From the IMG/VR virus record IMGVR_UViG_3300045988_174665: 64,000 nt of DNA; one strand, given 5' to 3'. The translations under genes were made by a program, and so were the position numbers. Numbering within the stretch: position 1 is the stretch's first letter; each line of letters begins with the position of its first letter. Of the stretch, positions 9,494 to 18,951 are shown piece by piece. Source of the DNA: a virus. The notes under the pieces are model-generated. The model searched no databases. It was not told where the DNA came from and saw nothing but the letters and a program-made list of their open reading frames with translations.

Positions 9494-10998
9494 TAGCTGC
9501 CTCCTTGATTATCTGAAGATTTTTCATTATCAATGGTTCGTGGTGACTTCTCATCTTCTTCTTTTTTAGGAGCACCACCGACATCGCCACTTTGAGTGTA
9601 TGCAGTAGATAGAGGGATTAATAAATCAGATAGTTTTAAAACATCATTTTCTAAAGTTTTTATATTACACAAATCACTTTGAGAAAGTCCTGCCGCAATC
9701 GCTGGCAGAATAAAGCTATATCCAGAATTAGCTAAAGATAAAGAAGATTTTAAATAGTCTTGATAATTATAATTAGTAATTGGTAATATGTTATATTTAA
9801 ATTCTATAATATTATTAGCAAAAACAATATTAACAATATTAGTTAAATAATTAGAAAATTTATCAATTAAGGGACTCATAAAAGCTGTATCATTAGTAAT
9901 CGAATTTTCTAAAGATAAATTACCGGTGGCCGCAAATAGTTGACTACTAGCACCAGCTTCATAATAAATATTATTAACCATTTTTTCTAAATTACTAATA
10001 TTATTATCATTGGTAGTTTTTGAAGTAGCTATTTCTGCATCGGTATAAGTTGTTAAAATATCAACATTCTTATTCTTTCTGAGCATCTGTACTGCACCAT
10101 TATGCATAACTTCTGCTTCTTCTGGTTCAAATAATAATGTTCCGTCATTTGTGTGAGGAACTTTTTGGATAAGAATTTTTTTAATTTCATCCTTATCTCT
10201 TTCCATATCAAGTTGTACAGCTTCGTCATAAAGAATCGTAGCCGGAATCAATGATAAAAATAAAGGTCTACCATCATACATAGAAAAACAAATAGTTTTT
10301 TCAACTGGAAGCATTACCCATTTATTTGCTGTTTTTCCGTCACGAAATCTTTTATAAGCCCTTTGAACATTTTTCGGATAGGCGGCAAGAGCACTGGCTC
10401 TATCACCCTCATCATTAATTCTACTAAAATAAGTTACATCAAATTCTATTAAATCATTATTATTTGCATCTTTAAAATTAGAAGAACAATATCTTATTGG
10501 CAGGTCTAAAACTGAAAAATTTTTATTATCTAAATTAACTACCAATCCATAATAAGCTCCATTAATTAAAGCTTTTAAGGCACAATTATTTAAAAAACTA
10601 GGAATACCAATTTTCTCGCAAAAAGATAAAGCTTTATAATACCTATCCTGTAAACTGTCTTCTGTTAATTTTCTTTTTCTCTTTAATATCTTTGGAATTA
10701 ATATTCCTTCATATTTAAAAATGGTTGCATAATAAATTAAAATTCTGCGATAAAAACCGTTTTTATAAAAATAATTTTGAGATAAAGCTCTCTGTTCAGT
10801 TAGAGAGCCTGACTCAATAATCTTCTTTATTTCATCTAAACTATAATCTTTACAAGGCTGCCTTAAATTTCGATTACTCCATATTCCATTGGAATAACTG
10901 TTATCATTCGTGGCAATCATATCTGTAAAAGCTTTTTTAAAAGTTTCTAATGTAAAATGTTTTATTTGTTCAGGTTTATTTACTTGACTTTCATCCAT
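9493..10998 (-). CDS. portal protein
   Basis: 501 aa directly downstream of the large terminase; acidic C-terminal tail. Confidence 0.7.
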   Translation of the reverse strand: MDESQVNKPEQIKHFTLETFKKAFTDMIATNDNSYSNGIWSNRNLRQPCKDYSLDEIKKIIESGSLTEQRALSQNYFYKNGFYRRILIYYATIFKYEGILIPKILKRKRKLTEDSLQDRYYKALSFCEKIGIPSFLNNCALKALINGAYYGLVVNLDNKNFSVLDLPIRYCSSNFKDANNNDLIEFDVTYFSRINDEGDRASALAAYPKNVQRAYKRFRDGKTANKWVMLPVEKTICFSMYDGRPLFLSLIPATILYDEAVQLDMERDKDEIKKILIQKVPHTNDGTLLFEPEEAEVMHNGAVQMLRKNKNVDILTTYTDAEIATSKTTNDNNISNLEKMVNNIYYEAGASSQLFAATGNLSLENSITNDTAFMSPLIDKFSNYLTNIVNIVFANNIIEFKYNILPITNYNYQDYLKSSLSLANSGYSFILPAIAAGLSQSDLCNIKTLENDVLKLSDLLIPLSTAYTQSGDVGGAPKKEEDEKSPRTIDNEKSSDNQGGS

Positions 10999-11001
10999 AA
11001 A

Positions 11002-12834
11002 TTAACCTCCCGAAAAGAAAATAAGTTTACGAGTACCAGAACCGTTTCCAAATCTTCTTCTACGCTTATAACTTTCTTCTTCAAGTTCCTTAATTCTCCA
11101 TAAGCCATAAGCAAATGAATAATACTTATCATCTGGAAAACGAGTATTAATTGATTCTAAAACAATGTCCATTCCTGTTCTTTTTAAGCGTAAATTAGCC
11201 ATTTCCTCAAAAAGTTTTGTTGTCATTTCGTGAGGTAAAAGTCTTTTTATACGCTGCTCAGGTTTCATTTTTTGACCAATCTTTGTTTCAAGTAAGGCAT
11301 TTTTTGCTGATTGTTCAGTAATCAAAAAACGAACCGTGCCGCCGTTTAAACGAGAATAGGCATTACCATTAATTTGAGATTTTAAACTACCGCTAGCCTT
11401 AATTCCATACAAAATTTGTGGAGCTTCTTTTGGTTGAACTTTCTTATAAGTATCATCATTATGAAAACCATATGCAGGATAAGATTCTCCGAACTCATCT
11501 ATTTGTGTTCTAATCATCTCATCTGCAAAGCCAACACCTAAGCCATTTGTATCAATAACTACTTCTTTTGGCTTAAAATCTCTAATAATTCTTTTTAATT
11601 CAATTGCTTGTTGATAGAAAGTTTTTGCCTTTATGTTTTTACCCAATACAAAAATATTAACCAAAGAACAGTAATATTTTCCACCTTGAATTTTAACTTT
11701 AAAGACACTACAAACTGTTTGGTCGTGAATTCTACCTACGTCTACTGATAATAAGTAAAATTGTGAAGTTCCTCGTCTAACAGAAAAGTGCGTTTCTGGA
11801 TTTTTTAATTTTCGATATTTTTGTAATTTATCAAAATTAAACCAAGAATCTTCTCCTCCGCCAGTCCAGACCGACATATACTCACGAGCAAAAGTCTCTT
11901 CATTATAAGAAGGTGACATTTGCAATTCTTTAATAAAAGAACGGTCTAGTAAACCGTGCATTACAGGAACTCGATAATCACAACCCCAAACAAAGGCTTC
12001 TTTAGGATTAATAATTTGCATTTCTAGTAAATCAATAAGCTTCATATAGGCATATGAAGACTTAACGCCCGCCGAAGTCATATAAAGTTGTTGTTGGTTG
12101 GGTTCATTTGGATTAACTTTTCCCAGTGCAGTTCTTCTTGAAACATTCATTAAAGGAAGGACTACTGAATTTAAAATTTCGCCATCGTGGTCACGGACCT
12201 CGTCAATGAGTCCTCCCTGACGTCTTCCTCCACGTTCCGAGTCTAAAGCACCAACTACATCAAAGATAGACTTATTACGAAAAAGTAAACTAATATAATC
12301 TTTTCCAAAAGAACCCTCCCCAATAATTTCTTTTTTAAGAAGAGGATATTTATCCCAGATTTCAAAAATTTTATCTTTAGCTATTTTCGCAGATTGATTT
12401 TTACCAGGGGCGCAAATGAATCTTTTTGTTCCGGGCAAAAAAATACATTGCAAATAAATTGCTAAAATAGAAAGAAAAGTTTTAGAAAAAGCACGACAAG
12501 CTGTAACATAATGATATCTATATCTAAAGCACGCCCGCAAGAAAATTCTTTGGTAAAAGAATAAATGGAAATTTGAATCCGATGGGGCAATGATATCAAG
12601 AAAAATATCTGGATAGGCAATAAATAAATCCATATAACGCTCAAAAAGCTCAATATGTTCTAAAAGATAACTTTCAGTTAAAATAAAACCTTTGTCAATT
12701 TCAATTCCATCTTTCTTTTCTTTTATGACCGTTTCTTCTAATTTATCTAATGTTGATTGGGAGAAAAGACTAAATTCTTCCACCGTCTTCCACCTCCGCA
12801 ACAAAGCCATCATCGTCATCAAAGACTTCATCAA
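11002..12834 (-). CDS. terL: terminase large subunit (exact start uncertain, several Met in first 10 codons)
   Basis: 610 aa. Deviant Walker A (ACRAFSKTF) and Walker B-like LIDEVRD. C-terminal nuclease-like VIDTNGLG. Lies upstream of portal. Confidence 0.8.
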   Translation of the reverse strand: MMKSLMTMMALLRRWKTVEEFSLFSQSTLDKLEETVIKEKKDGIEIDKGFILTESYLLEHIELFERYMDLFIAYPDIFLDIIAPSDSNFHLFFYQRIFLRACFRYRYHYVTACRAFSKTFLSILAIYLQCIFLPGTKRFICAPGKNQSAKIAKDKIFEIWDKYPLLKKEIIGEGSFGKDYISLLFRNKSIFDVVGALDSERGGRRQGGLIDEVRDHDGEILNSVVLPLMNVSRRTALGKVNPNEPNQQQLYMTSAGVKSSYAYMKLIDLLEMQIINPKEAFVWGCDYRVPVMHGLLDRSFIKELQMSPSYNEETFAREYMSVWTGGGEDSWFNFDKLQKYRKLKNPETHFSVRRGTSQFYLLSVDVGRIHDQTVCSVFKVKIQGGKYYCSLVNIFVLGKNIKAKTFYQQAIELKRIIRDFKPKEVVIDTNGLGVGFADEMIRTQIDEFGESYPAYGFHNDDTYKKVQPKEAPQILYGIKASGSLKSQINGNAYSRLNGGTVRFLITEQSAKNALLETKIGQKMKPEQRIKRLLPHEMTTKLFEEMANLRLKRTGMDIVLESINTRFPDDKYYSFAYGLWRIKELEEESYKRRRRFGNGSGTRKLIFFSGG

Positions 12835-13762
12835 AGCCGGCCTTTTCGTACATATCTAAATCATATTCTTTGTTAGTGTTATAATAATCTTCTGATTGTT
12901 TAGCTTCTTTTAATTGCTTAACTCTCCGTTCAATATCTTCTGAAATTCCACTTTCATTAGTATAAAGTCTTCGATTAAAAGTTTCAATATTTTGCATAGT
13001 TTCATCAACTATATCTTTACTAACATCATCATAAAATTTAGGTTGCCATCCTTTCTTTTCCAACCAGCGGCAAAGTTCTCCAACCGATTCAAAGTCACTA
13101 GCACTTTTTACATTCTTAGGAGTAAAATCAGCCAGTTTAACCAATTTATCATATGAAGCTAATAATTTATCGAAATCTGTTCCAGACCTTATTCGGCTAT
13201 CAATTAAAAGAGAAATCTTACAAATTTTCTTAGCTTGGTCCATTGAAATTTTTCCATTAACATTTTGAGTATTTAGAATACCTTGTAATAAGTCTTCCAA
13301 ATATTCGAGTTCTTCTTCACAATAGTCTGGACCCCACTTAGCCTGAAGTTCTTTTAAGTGTTTTTCCCTAATTTCGGGTAATTCGCTTTCGATGACCTTG
13401 GCGTCCTGTAACTCTTTGAATTTTCGGAAATAATCTCCCCATCCTAAACTTTCGTATTCTTGAGCCTTAAAGACATTACAATAAACAGGAAAAACATCAT
13501 CCCCGTTATCTTTATGAAGTCTCTCAAACTCTTGAGGAACAAAAGGTATATCTAAATATTGACAAAGTTTATCGACATAAGTCCAATTAAAATCGTTTTC
13601 TCTTAATAAATTTTTAAGACAACTTGTACAAAAAGGAATAACCCCGTCTGGATAAAAAAGTGACCGTGTCGGCAGAAATTCCTCTATTGATAAGGTACTG
13701 CCGCAATGCTCACATTTTTTAAACAAAACTTTTTTAACTTTAACTTTAGGCTGAAGGCTCAT
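12770..13762 (-). CDS. zinc-ribbon protein, possible small terminase/DNA-recognition subunit
   Basis: CEHCGS...CTSC motif at the N-terminus; overlaps the terL start. Confidence 0.3.
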   Translation of the reverse strand: MSLQPKVKVKKVLFKKCEHCGSTLSIEEFLPTRSLFYPDGVIPFCTSCLKNLLRENDFNWTYVDKLCQYLDIPFVPQEFERLHKDNGDDVFPVYCNVFKAQEYESLGWGDYFRKFKELQDAKVIESELPEIREKHLKELQAKWGPDYCEEELEYLEDLLQGILNTQNVNGKISMDQAKKICKISLLIDSRIRSGTDFDKLLASYDKLVKLADFTPKNVKSASDFESVGELCRWLEKKGWQPKFYDDVSKDIVDETMQNIETFNRRLYTNESGISEDIERRVKQLKEAKQSEDYYNTNKEYDLDMYEKAGFDEVFDDDDGFVAEVEDGGRI

Positions 13763-14159
13763 TTTCTTTGCCCCCTTTTTTAACCCCTTTTTCCGTTATC
13801 TTTTTGTTAATTAAATTGGTTTTTTTTCTTTTTGAAGAGTCAACCGCTTGTTTTAGAACTTTAATTGTATCTCTTCTTTTCTTTTTACTCGAAAGGCAAA
13901 ATTGTTCTGTGGTGTCTGCTAAAATTTCATAAAAGTCTTTGGGAATTGATTTACCTTCTTTGTCCTTTTCTTTCTTAACCATTTCAACTTTAAAGAATCT
14001 AACCAACCCCAGAAATTCAATTTCTGAAAGTTTAGAAACTAAAAGAAGAAAATTAGTAATTTCTTTTTCGGGAATCTTAATTTGCTTTTGTTGAGAATTT
14101 GAGTTTTTTTCGATTACGCTCATCTCTATCACACTCCTTACATCTATTAGAAAATCCAT
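13746..14159 (-). CDS. hypothetical basic protein (start uncertain)
   Basis: ORF track; overlaps the upstream ORF by 83 nt. Confidence 0.35.
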   Translation of the reverse strand: MDFLIDVRSVIEMSVIEKNSNSQQKQIKIPEKEITNFLLLVSKLSEIEFLGLVRFFKVEMVKKEKDKEGKSIPKDFYEILADTTEQFCLSSKKKRRDTIKVLKQAVDSSKRKKTNLINKKITEKGVKKGGKENEPSA

Positions 14160-15420
14160 CTTTAGAACGACTTTTTCTACAATAATTTTTGGTGGAAATT
14201 AAAAAGGTGCGGCCGCATACTCTGCAATTTTTAAAGTTCTCTGGAAAAAATAAATTCTTAATAAGCTCTTCGTGGTAAGCGGCGGCGGCGTTAATTTCCC
14301 CTATAATTTTTTGTTTGAAAAGTGTTGAAATATAATTTGCAGTATAAGTTTTTTGAAATTTTTGATTAATAAAATCCGCTATTTTTTGGTTTGGAACTTT
14401 CTTTAATTTTAAGTCTAAAATTTGTTGTAGGTAATCTGGTAAATTGGCTTCCTTTATGTAAAATTTTAAAGTTTTAAAAAGAAAAGGAGAGGTTTCTTCT
14501 ATATCTTCTAAAATAATTGAATCATAAACTTCGTAAAAGTGAGTAAAAAATCCGTAAAGGTGGTCTGGATTTTTAAAGTCAAAAAAGTTTTGGTTTTTTC
14601 TTTGGTCTTGAAGTTTCCAATAAAGAGAAGAAATTAATTCGAGTTCTTCCTCTGAATAAAGCGACGGCCGCAATTCAGAAAAGGGTTTAAAAATCAATTG
14701 AGAGAAAGAAGAATTATCTTGAAATCCTAAAGGGAAAACGGGAATTTCAACTCCAAATTTGGGAATCTCTTCTGGGGTTATAACCAAATTAAAACTCTCA
14801 ACCAAAACTGGCGTTGAATAGTTATCTCTAAGTGTGTATTGCTCCGTTCTAAGTTCAACAAGACGATGGCGAAGTTTTAGGTAAGAAAATTGGTTGAGAG
14901 AAGTGGCTTTTTCTTTAAGAGAAAGCTGTTTTTCCTCATCAATGCGGGAAAGAAGTTCTGGTCGAGGTGGTAACTTTCTTTTCCCCGTTTTTAAATCGTA
15001 AAAGTTAAGGAGAAGTTCAAGCTCATCAATTTGTTTAAAAAGGGAAGTGAAAGCTTTTTGAAGTTCAGGAGAGGCTTCTTTTAAGGCTTCTTCTCGAGAA
15101 AATTTTTCCTTCTTAACTTTAAGAGGGGTAGAGTTAATGTGGCGAACTTGGTTTTCGTTAAAGGTCGGGGATTCAATTAAGGCATTAAGGCTTTCTTCTG
15201 GTCGCCGAGTCCAAGTTTTATTCTTTGTTTCAATTTGAATTTCTTTTTTTTGATTACAATTTAAACCATCTTTATCTTTTCCCCACAAGAGGTAGTTAGA
15301 AATCGTTTCTAATTCTGTAGGGGTTAGGTTTTGTAACTTTGGGTTAGTGAGATATTTTTGTAAAAATTTTGACCTTTCTTCTCCAGATTCGAGAGAGAAG
15401 TCAAGGTTTAGTCTGTTCAT
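14077..15420 (-). CDS. hypothetical protein with C-terminal zinc ribbon and HTH-like segment
   Basis: CRVCG...CKECD at the C-terminus. NQKIADFINQ...YISTLFKQ resembles an HTH. First gene of the late block. Confidence 0.4.
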   Translation of the reverse strand: MNRLNLDFSLESGEERSKFLQKYLTNPKLQNLTPTELETISNYLLWGKDKDGLNCNQKKEIQIETKNKTWTRRPEESLNALIESPTFNENQVRHINSTPLKVKKEKFSREEALKEASPELQKAFTSLFKQIDELELLLNFYDLKTGKRKLPPRPELLSRIDEEKQLSLKEKATSLNQFSYLKLRHRLVELRTEQYTLRDNYSTPVLVESFNLVITPEEIPKFGVEIPVFPLGFQDNSSFSQLIFKPFSELRPSLYSEEELELISSLYWKLQDQRKNQNFFDFKNPDHLYGFFTHFYEVYDSIILEDIEETSPFLFKTLKFYIKEANLPDYLQQILDLKLKKVPNQKIADFINQKFQKTYTANYISTLFKQKIIGEINAAAAYHEELIKNLFFPENFKNCRVCGRTFLISTKNYCRKSRSKDGFSNRCKECDRDERNRKKLKFSTKAN

Positions 15421-15675
15421 TTTATTCCTCCATTTTAGATTAAAGTTATCCTTTAAGTTAATTATACACTAAAAAAGTTCCAAAGTCAAATTTTAGAAAT
15501 TGTGGATTTTAGATAAAATGTATAATTTTAAAGGTAGAATTTTAGAAAAAATTGCTAAAGAAATGAAAATTGAGTTCAGTGGGATTTTTTGCCAGGCCAT
15601 TTCTGAACCGTCCAAAAAAAGTAGGTTATTTCATAAAACATACCCGCCCTTTATAAATTTTATAAATATATAAGT

Positions 15676-15705
15676 AAAAAAATAAAGAGGCTATATAGCC
15701 TCTTT
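15676..15705 (-). terminator. intrinsic terminator
   Basis: AAAGAGGC-TATATA-GCCTCTTT hairpin followed by a U-run in the minus sense. Confidence 0.6.
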
Positions 15706-15958
15706 ACTTTATATTTATTATTGTATATTTTTCTGGACTATTTGTAAAGCCTTTATAAAAAGTAACTGTTAATTCATCACCATTTACAAAATTATTAGTA
15801 TCATTATAAAAACTATAAACATCGCTATTTGTACTAATATAAATTATATTTTTATCTACATTAACAACTGTTGCGGTTTTAGTTTCTGTAGTTGTTGCAA
15901 AAAGTGCAACAACTACAACAAATATTAAACTTAAAATAATTATAATTTTTCTTTTCAT
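15704..15958 (-). CDS. small secreted/membrane-anchored protein
   Basis: N-terminal MKRKIIIILSLIFVVVVALFA signal/TM segment. Confidence 0.5.
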   Translation of the reverse strand: MKRKIIIILSLIFVVVVALFATTTETKTATVVNVDKNIIYISTNSDVYSFYNDTNNFVNGDELTVTFYKGFTNSPEKYTIINIK

Positions 15959-15972
15959 TTTTTAAACTCCTT

Positions 15973-16656
15973 TTACTTTTCGCAAGTCAAGTTGTACTCT
16001 TGTACAAATTCTTCAAGCGTTGGAAAAGTTTTGAACAATTCCATAATTTTATTAACGCTTTTAAAACTGTTAATGTTTTGTATGCTTTTCTTTAAAGTTT
16101 TTGCATTTGTTTTTTTTGTTCTTAATAAATTGTTTTCTTTTAAAAACATTAGAAATAAACCCGTAGGAATAACTACACTTGCCCTCATTACTGGAAGGTT
16201 CGGACTATATATGGGACAATAAATTATGAAGTTAGTCTTTATCATTTTAAAGTCTTGTAAATCTATACTGTAATAACCCAAATCGGCGGAATTTTGTTTA
16301 CAGTCTAAATTAATTTTAGTTTTTTTACCTTCCATATTTTTATAATATTTAATAATATCATCTTGGTTTTTTGGTGAAACTCTGACTTTATTTTTTAAAT
16401 AACGACTAACCGCCAACTCAAACTCTTCACCCCTTTTTCCGTTCTGATTACCGCCCACGCTCACGCAGTCAACAGAGCCAAAATCAAAAAAAATGTTGCC
16501 CGTAAGCTTGCACATTTTAAGAGCAAGTAAAGCCCTTGACCTTTGTGTGCTTATGGTTTTAGTATCGTTTATAACCTCTTGCAAATCTTCAAGAGTATAT
16601 AAACCGTTTAAATTATAATCGTGCTTATTATTTGTTGTGATTTCAAAATTCGTCAT
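15973..16656 (-). CDS. hypothetical protein, possible PD-(D/E)xK-like nuclease
   Basis: GEEFE ... NLDCKQ spacing is reminiscent of an E...D-x-K nuclease core. Has its own promoter at 16713-16741. Confidence 0.35.
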   Translation of the reverse strand: MTNFEITTNNKHDYNLNGLYTLEDLQEVINDTKTISTQRSRALLALKMCKLTGNIFFDFGSVDCVSVGGNQNGKRGEEFELAVSRYLKNKVRVSPKNQDDIIKYYKNMEGKKTKINLDCKQNSADLGYYSIDLQDFKMIKTNFIIYCPIYSPNLPVMRASVVIPTGLFLMFLKENNLLRTKKTNAKTLKKSIQNINSFKSVNKIMELFKTFPTLEEFVQEYNLTCEK

Positions 16657-16712
16657 TGTTAGTTACCTCTTTTTTAAATTGTCAAAGGATTTCTTGTTCC
16701 CTTGCAAGTCCT

Positions 16713-16741
16713 ATTATATAGCCGTTTCAAGTAATTGTCAA
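16713..16741 (-). promoter_or_regulatory. sigma70-type promoter
   Basis: Minus sense TTGACA-17 nt-TATAAT upstream of 15973..16656. Confidence 0.6.
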
Positions 16742-16777
16742 TACTTATTTAGAATATTTTTTCAAAAACTTGCAACC

Positions 16778-16870
16778 TTGTACAATATATACAATACAAA
16801 AAAATTGTACTATTTAAAAACTGTACAATTTATCTAAAAAAATCAATCTTCTAACAATCTTTTTGTACAA
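16778..16870. promoter_or_regulatory. cluster of TTGTACAA palindromic boxes
   Basis: TTGTACAA at 16778 and 16863, TTGTACT at 16805, TGTACAA at 22 (16822). They lie between divergent promoters. Two more copies at 15992-16007. Confidence 0.4.
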
Positions 16871-16885
16871 TATCACTAATCGTAC

Positions 16886-16897
16886 TTTAGACGCAAA
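16886..16897 (+). repeat. isolated TTTAGACGCAAA half-site
   Basis: Same 12-mer as the outer arm of the tripartite elements; lies 8 nt upstream of a promoter. Confidence 0.6.
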
Positions 16898-16904
16898 GTG
16901 CATA

Positions 16905-16933
16905 TTGCACAAAAGCCTATTTTATAGTATAAT
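16905..16933 (+). promoter_or_regulatory. sigma70-type promoter
   Basis: TTGCAC-17 nt-TATAAT. Confidence 0.5.
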
Positions 16934-16939
16934 AGAGTG

Positions 16940-17175
16940 GTAAAAGGTTAGATAAAATTAAAATAAACATATTTATAATTTTATAATCTATTCTAATAAT
17001 GCAATGAATAATTATATAAAATATTAGAATATATAGAAAGAAAATAATAGATAATAAATTATATAAATATATCAATAAAATATAAATATATACCATCTTT
17101 TTATCAGTAGTTCAGGTGGCAAGGTGTGTATAAAAATAATGGCGAGGGAGGTAAAAATTACCTCTTTTTGTTTTT
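16940..17175 (+). ncRNA. candidate ~240-nt AT-rich non-coding transcript
   Basis: Bounded by the 16905 promoter and the 17148 terminator; no ORF longer than about 19 codons. Confidence 0.3.
17148..17175 (+). terminator. intrinsic terminator
   Basis: GAGGTAA-AAA-TTACCTC hairpin followed by TTTTTGTTTTTG. Confidence 0.55.
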
Positions 17176-17290
17176 GTTTTCTTATTTTTATTTTTTAAAA
17201 AGTTCAAAAAAGCTGCGTTTCGGTTTTGAATGAGCTGCGTCGCCGCTGCAAAAAATTTTTTAAATTTTTAAAATTTTTTTTAAAAAACTA

Positions 17291-17319
17291 TTGACTTTTT
17301 AAAAAAGTTATGTTATAAT
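17291..17319 (+). promoter_or_regulatory. early promoter
   Basis: TTGACT-17-TATAAT preceded by an A/T UP-like tract. Confidence 0.65.
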
Positions 17320-17351
17320 ATAGTTACAAAATAAAGAAAGGAATTTTAAAA

Positions 17352-17561
17352 ATGAAAGCTACAAAAAAAATTACAATGACAAAAAAAGAAAAGAACGCTA
17401 TTATTAACGGCTTAAATCTACTTATTGAATACGGCTATGCCTATGAAGAGATTTTCGGGTGTAATTTGACTGATGATTATGCGGTATGTTTACCAGATGA
17501 AATGTTAGAGGCTTTTAAAGCCTCTTTAGATAGTTCTTATATTAATATTATTAAAGACTAA
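17352..17561 (+). CDS. small acidic hypothetical protein
   Basis: ORF track; AAAGAAAGGA RBS. Confidence 0.55.
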   Translation: MKATKKITMTKKEKNAIINGLNLLIEYGYAYEEIFGCNLTDDYAVCLPDEMLEAFKASLDSSYINIIKD

Positions 17562-17602
17562 AATAAAATATTCATAAGATAAAGAAAAGAGGTGAAAAAC
17601 AA

Positions 17603-17812
17603 ATGGCTACAATTGTTATTTCAGTTTTTGCAACTTGGTTTATAATTAGTATTTTAATTGCAATAGGTGATACTTTTTTAAAACAAGATGTATTGTGGGA
17701 CGATTGGTTTATTATAATTGTATGTTTCCCATATATTATCATATCCATACCGTTTGAATTGATTGTGAAAACAATAAAAAAATTAAAAAAGAAAAGAGGT
17801 AAAAAACAATGA
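17603..17812 (+). CDS. small two-TM membrane protein (family with 18235..18483)
   Basis: Shared W(D/E)DW(F/Y)..IV.FPY motif with the paralog. Confidence 0.55.
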   Translation: MATIVISVFATWFIISILIAIGDTFLKQDVLWDDWFIIIVCFPYIIISIPFELIVKTIKKLKKKRGKKQ

Positions 17813-18030
17813 AAATAGCTACCGTTACGGCTCTTCACGGGCGAGACTCGGACGAATATTCAAAAATTGAAAATGCTATTAATACTCTAACAGATTTTCA
17901 GGAGTTTTTAAAAAATAATAGCGTTGATATGAGCAAAATTGATGAAAATACACTTTGTGTTTTCCGTAGGCAATTACAAAGATTATTCTCTCCAAAAGGT
18001 TTGGTTATTGATTGGGTAGATAATGATTGA
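17809..18030 (+). CDS. small hypothetical protein
   Basis: ORF track; ATGA overlap with the upstream gene. Confidence 0.5.
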   Translation: MKIATVTALHGRDSDEYSKIENAINTLTDFQEFLKNNSVDMSKIDENTLCVFRRQLQRLFSPKGLVIDWVDND

Positions 18031-18040
18031 TATAATAAGA

Positions 18041-18070
18041 AAATAAACGGTTTATATAACCGTTTATTTT
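18041..18070 (+). terminator. intrinsic terminator
   Basis: AAATAAACGG-loop-CCGTTTATTT hairpin followed by a T-run. Confidence 0.6.
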
Positions 18071-18080
18071 TTAACTAAAA

Positions 18081-18157
18081 TTGCGTCTAAACTTTGGATT
18101 GTTCTTTAGACGACAACCGTCTAAAACTTAAAAACTAAAATCATTTTAGACGCAAAA
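18081..18157. repeat. tripartite TTTAGACG element 1
   Basis: TTGCGTCTAAAC ... TTTAGACGACAACCGTCTAAA ... TTTAGACGCAAAA. Confidence 0.85.
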
Positions 18158-18173
18158 TTAATTATAAATTCTA

Positions 18174-18202
18174 TTGACAAATTCAAATTTATAGTGTATA
18201 AT
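18174..18202 (+). promoter_or_regulatory. early promoter
   Basis: TTGACA-17-TATAAT with an extended TG. Confidence 0.7.
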
Positions 18203-18234
18203 ATATTCATAAGATAAGGAAAGAGGTGAAAGCA

Positions 18235-18483
18235 ATGACAATCGCAGTAATGATAATTTTAACAAGTTTGATAACTTGGCTTCTTCTTGACATAATCCTT
18301 GCTATTTATGACTATAATAAAAATCAATTTTATATGTGGGAAGATTGGTACACTTTTATAGTATTTTTCCCTTATTTGATTTTTATTTGCCCATTTGGTA
18401 TGGCAATTTGTACAATAAAGAAAATTCTTCGTAACTACAGAAAAGAAAGAAAATATAATTCAAAACATAGAAAGGATAGATAA
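18235..18483 (+). CDS. small two-TM membrane protein
   Basis: ATG at 18235 after a GAAAGAGG RBS; paralog of 17603..17812. Confidence 0.55.
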   Translation: MTIAVMIILTSLITWLLLDIILAIYDYNKNQFYMWEDWYTFIVFFPYLIFICPFGMAICTIKKILRNYRKERKYNSKHRKDR

Positions 18484-18485
18484 TA

Positions 18486-18625
18486 ATGACCGCTGGAGCA
18501 TTTGTACTTGTAATATATTTTGGGTTCTTATTTCTTTTTACCCTCGCAAATCGTTAATTTGTGCAATAAAGAAAACCATTCATAAGTATAAGAAAAATAA
18601 TTCAAAACATAGGAAGGATTGATAA
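18486..18625 (+). pseudogene. truncated, frameshifted third copy of the membrane-protein gene
   Basis: 23-codon TM stub followed out of frame by LICAIKKTIHKYKKNNSKHRKD. This matches the tail AICTIKKILRNYRKERKYNSKHRKDR of 18235..18483. Confidence 0.55.
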
Positions 18626-18627
18626 TA

Positions 18628-18849
18628 ATGAAAGCAACTTATATTAGAGAATTAGTAATCACCACAGAAGAAATCGAAACAATTACAAGAGGTCTTGAAA
18701 AACTTGAAGAATTTATAGATAGTGCTAACGAGTTGGAACTTGACCTTTTTGACATTTACGAAATGGATACTATTTCAAGCTTACGCAACAGGGCGGAAGA
18801 TAACGACTTATTTCTTGATGATAATATTACAATTAAAGAAACGGAGTAA
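18628..18849 (+). CDS. small acidic hypothetical protein
   Basis: ATG at 18628 after an AGGAAGGA RBS. Confidence 0.5.
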   Translation: MKATYIRELVITTEEIETITRGLEKLEEFIDSANELELDLFDIYEMDTISSLRNRAEDNDLFLDDNITIKETE

Positions 18850-18866
18850 TCCGTTTCTTTTTTTTA
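18836..18866 (+). terminator. intrinsic terminator
   Basis: GAAACGG-AGTAAT-CCGTTTC hairpin followed by a T-run. Confidence 0.6.
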
Positions 18867-18873
18867 CCTTGTT

Positions 18874-18951
18874 TTGCGTCTAAACTTTTAATTTACTTCT
18901 TAGACGGCAACCGTCTAAAGTTATTTAATCAAAATCAATTTAGACGCAAAA
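18874..18951. repeat. tripartite TTTAGACG element 2
   Basis: TTGCGTCTAAAC ... TTAGACGGCAACCGTCTAAA ... TTTAGACGCAAAA. Confidence 0.85.

Noticed and set aside
15563-15673. 36-codon plus-strand ORF with a nearby TGTATAAT box between two minus-strand genes.
   Set aside because: Weak RBS, a 15-nt promoter spacer and no supporting conservation that I can see. Left unannotated.
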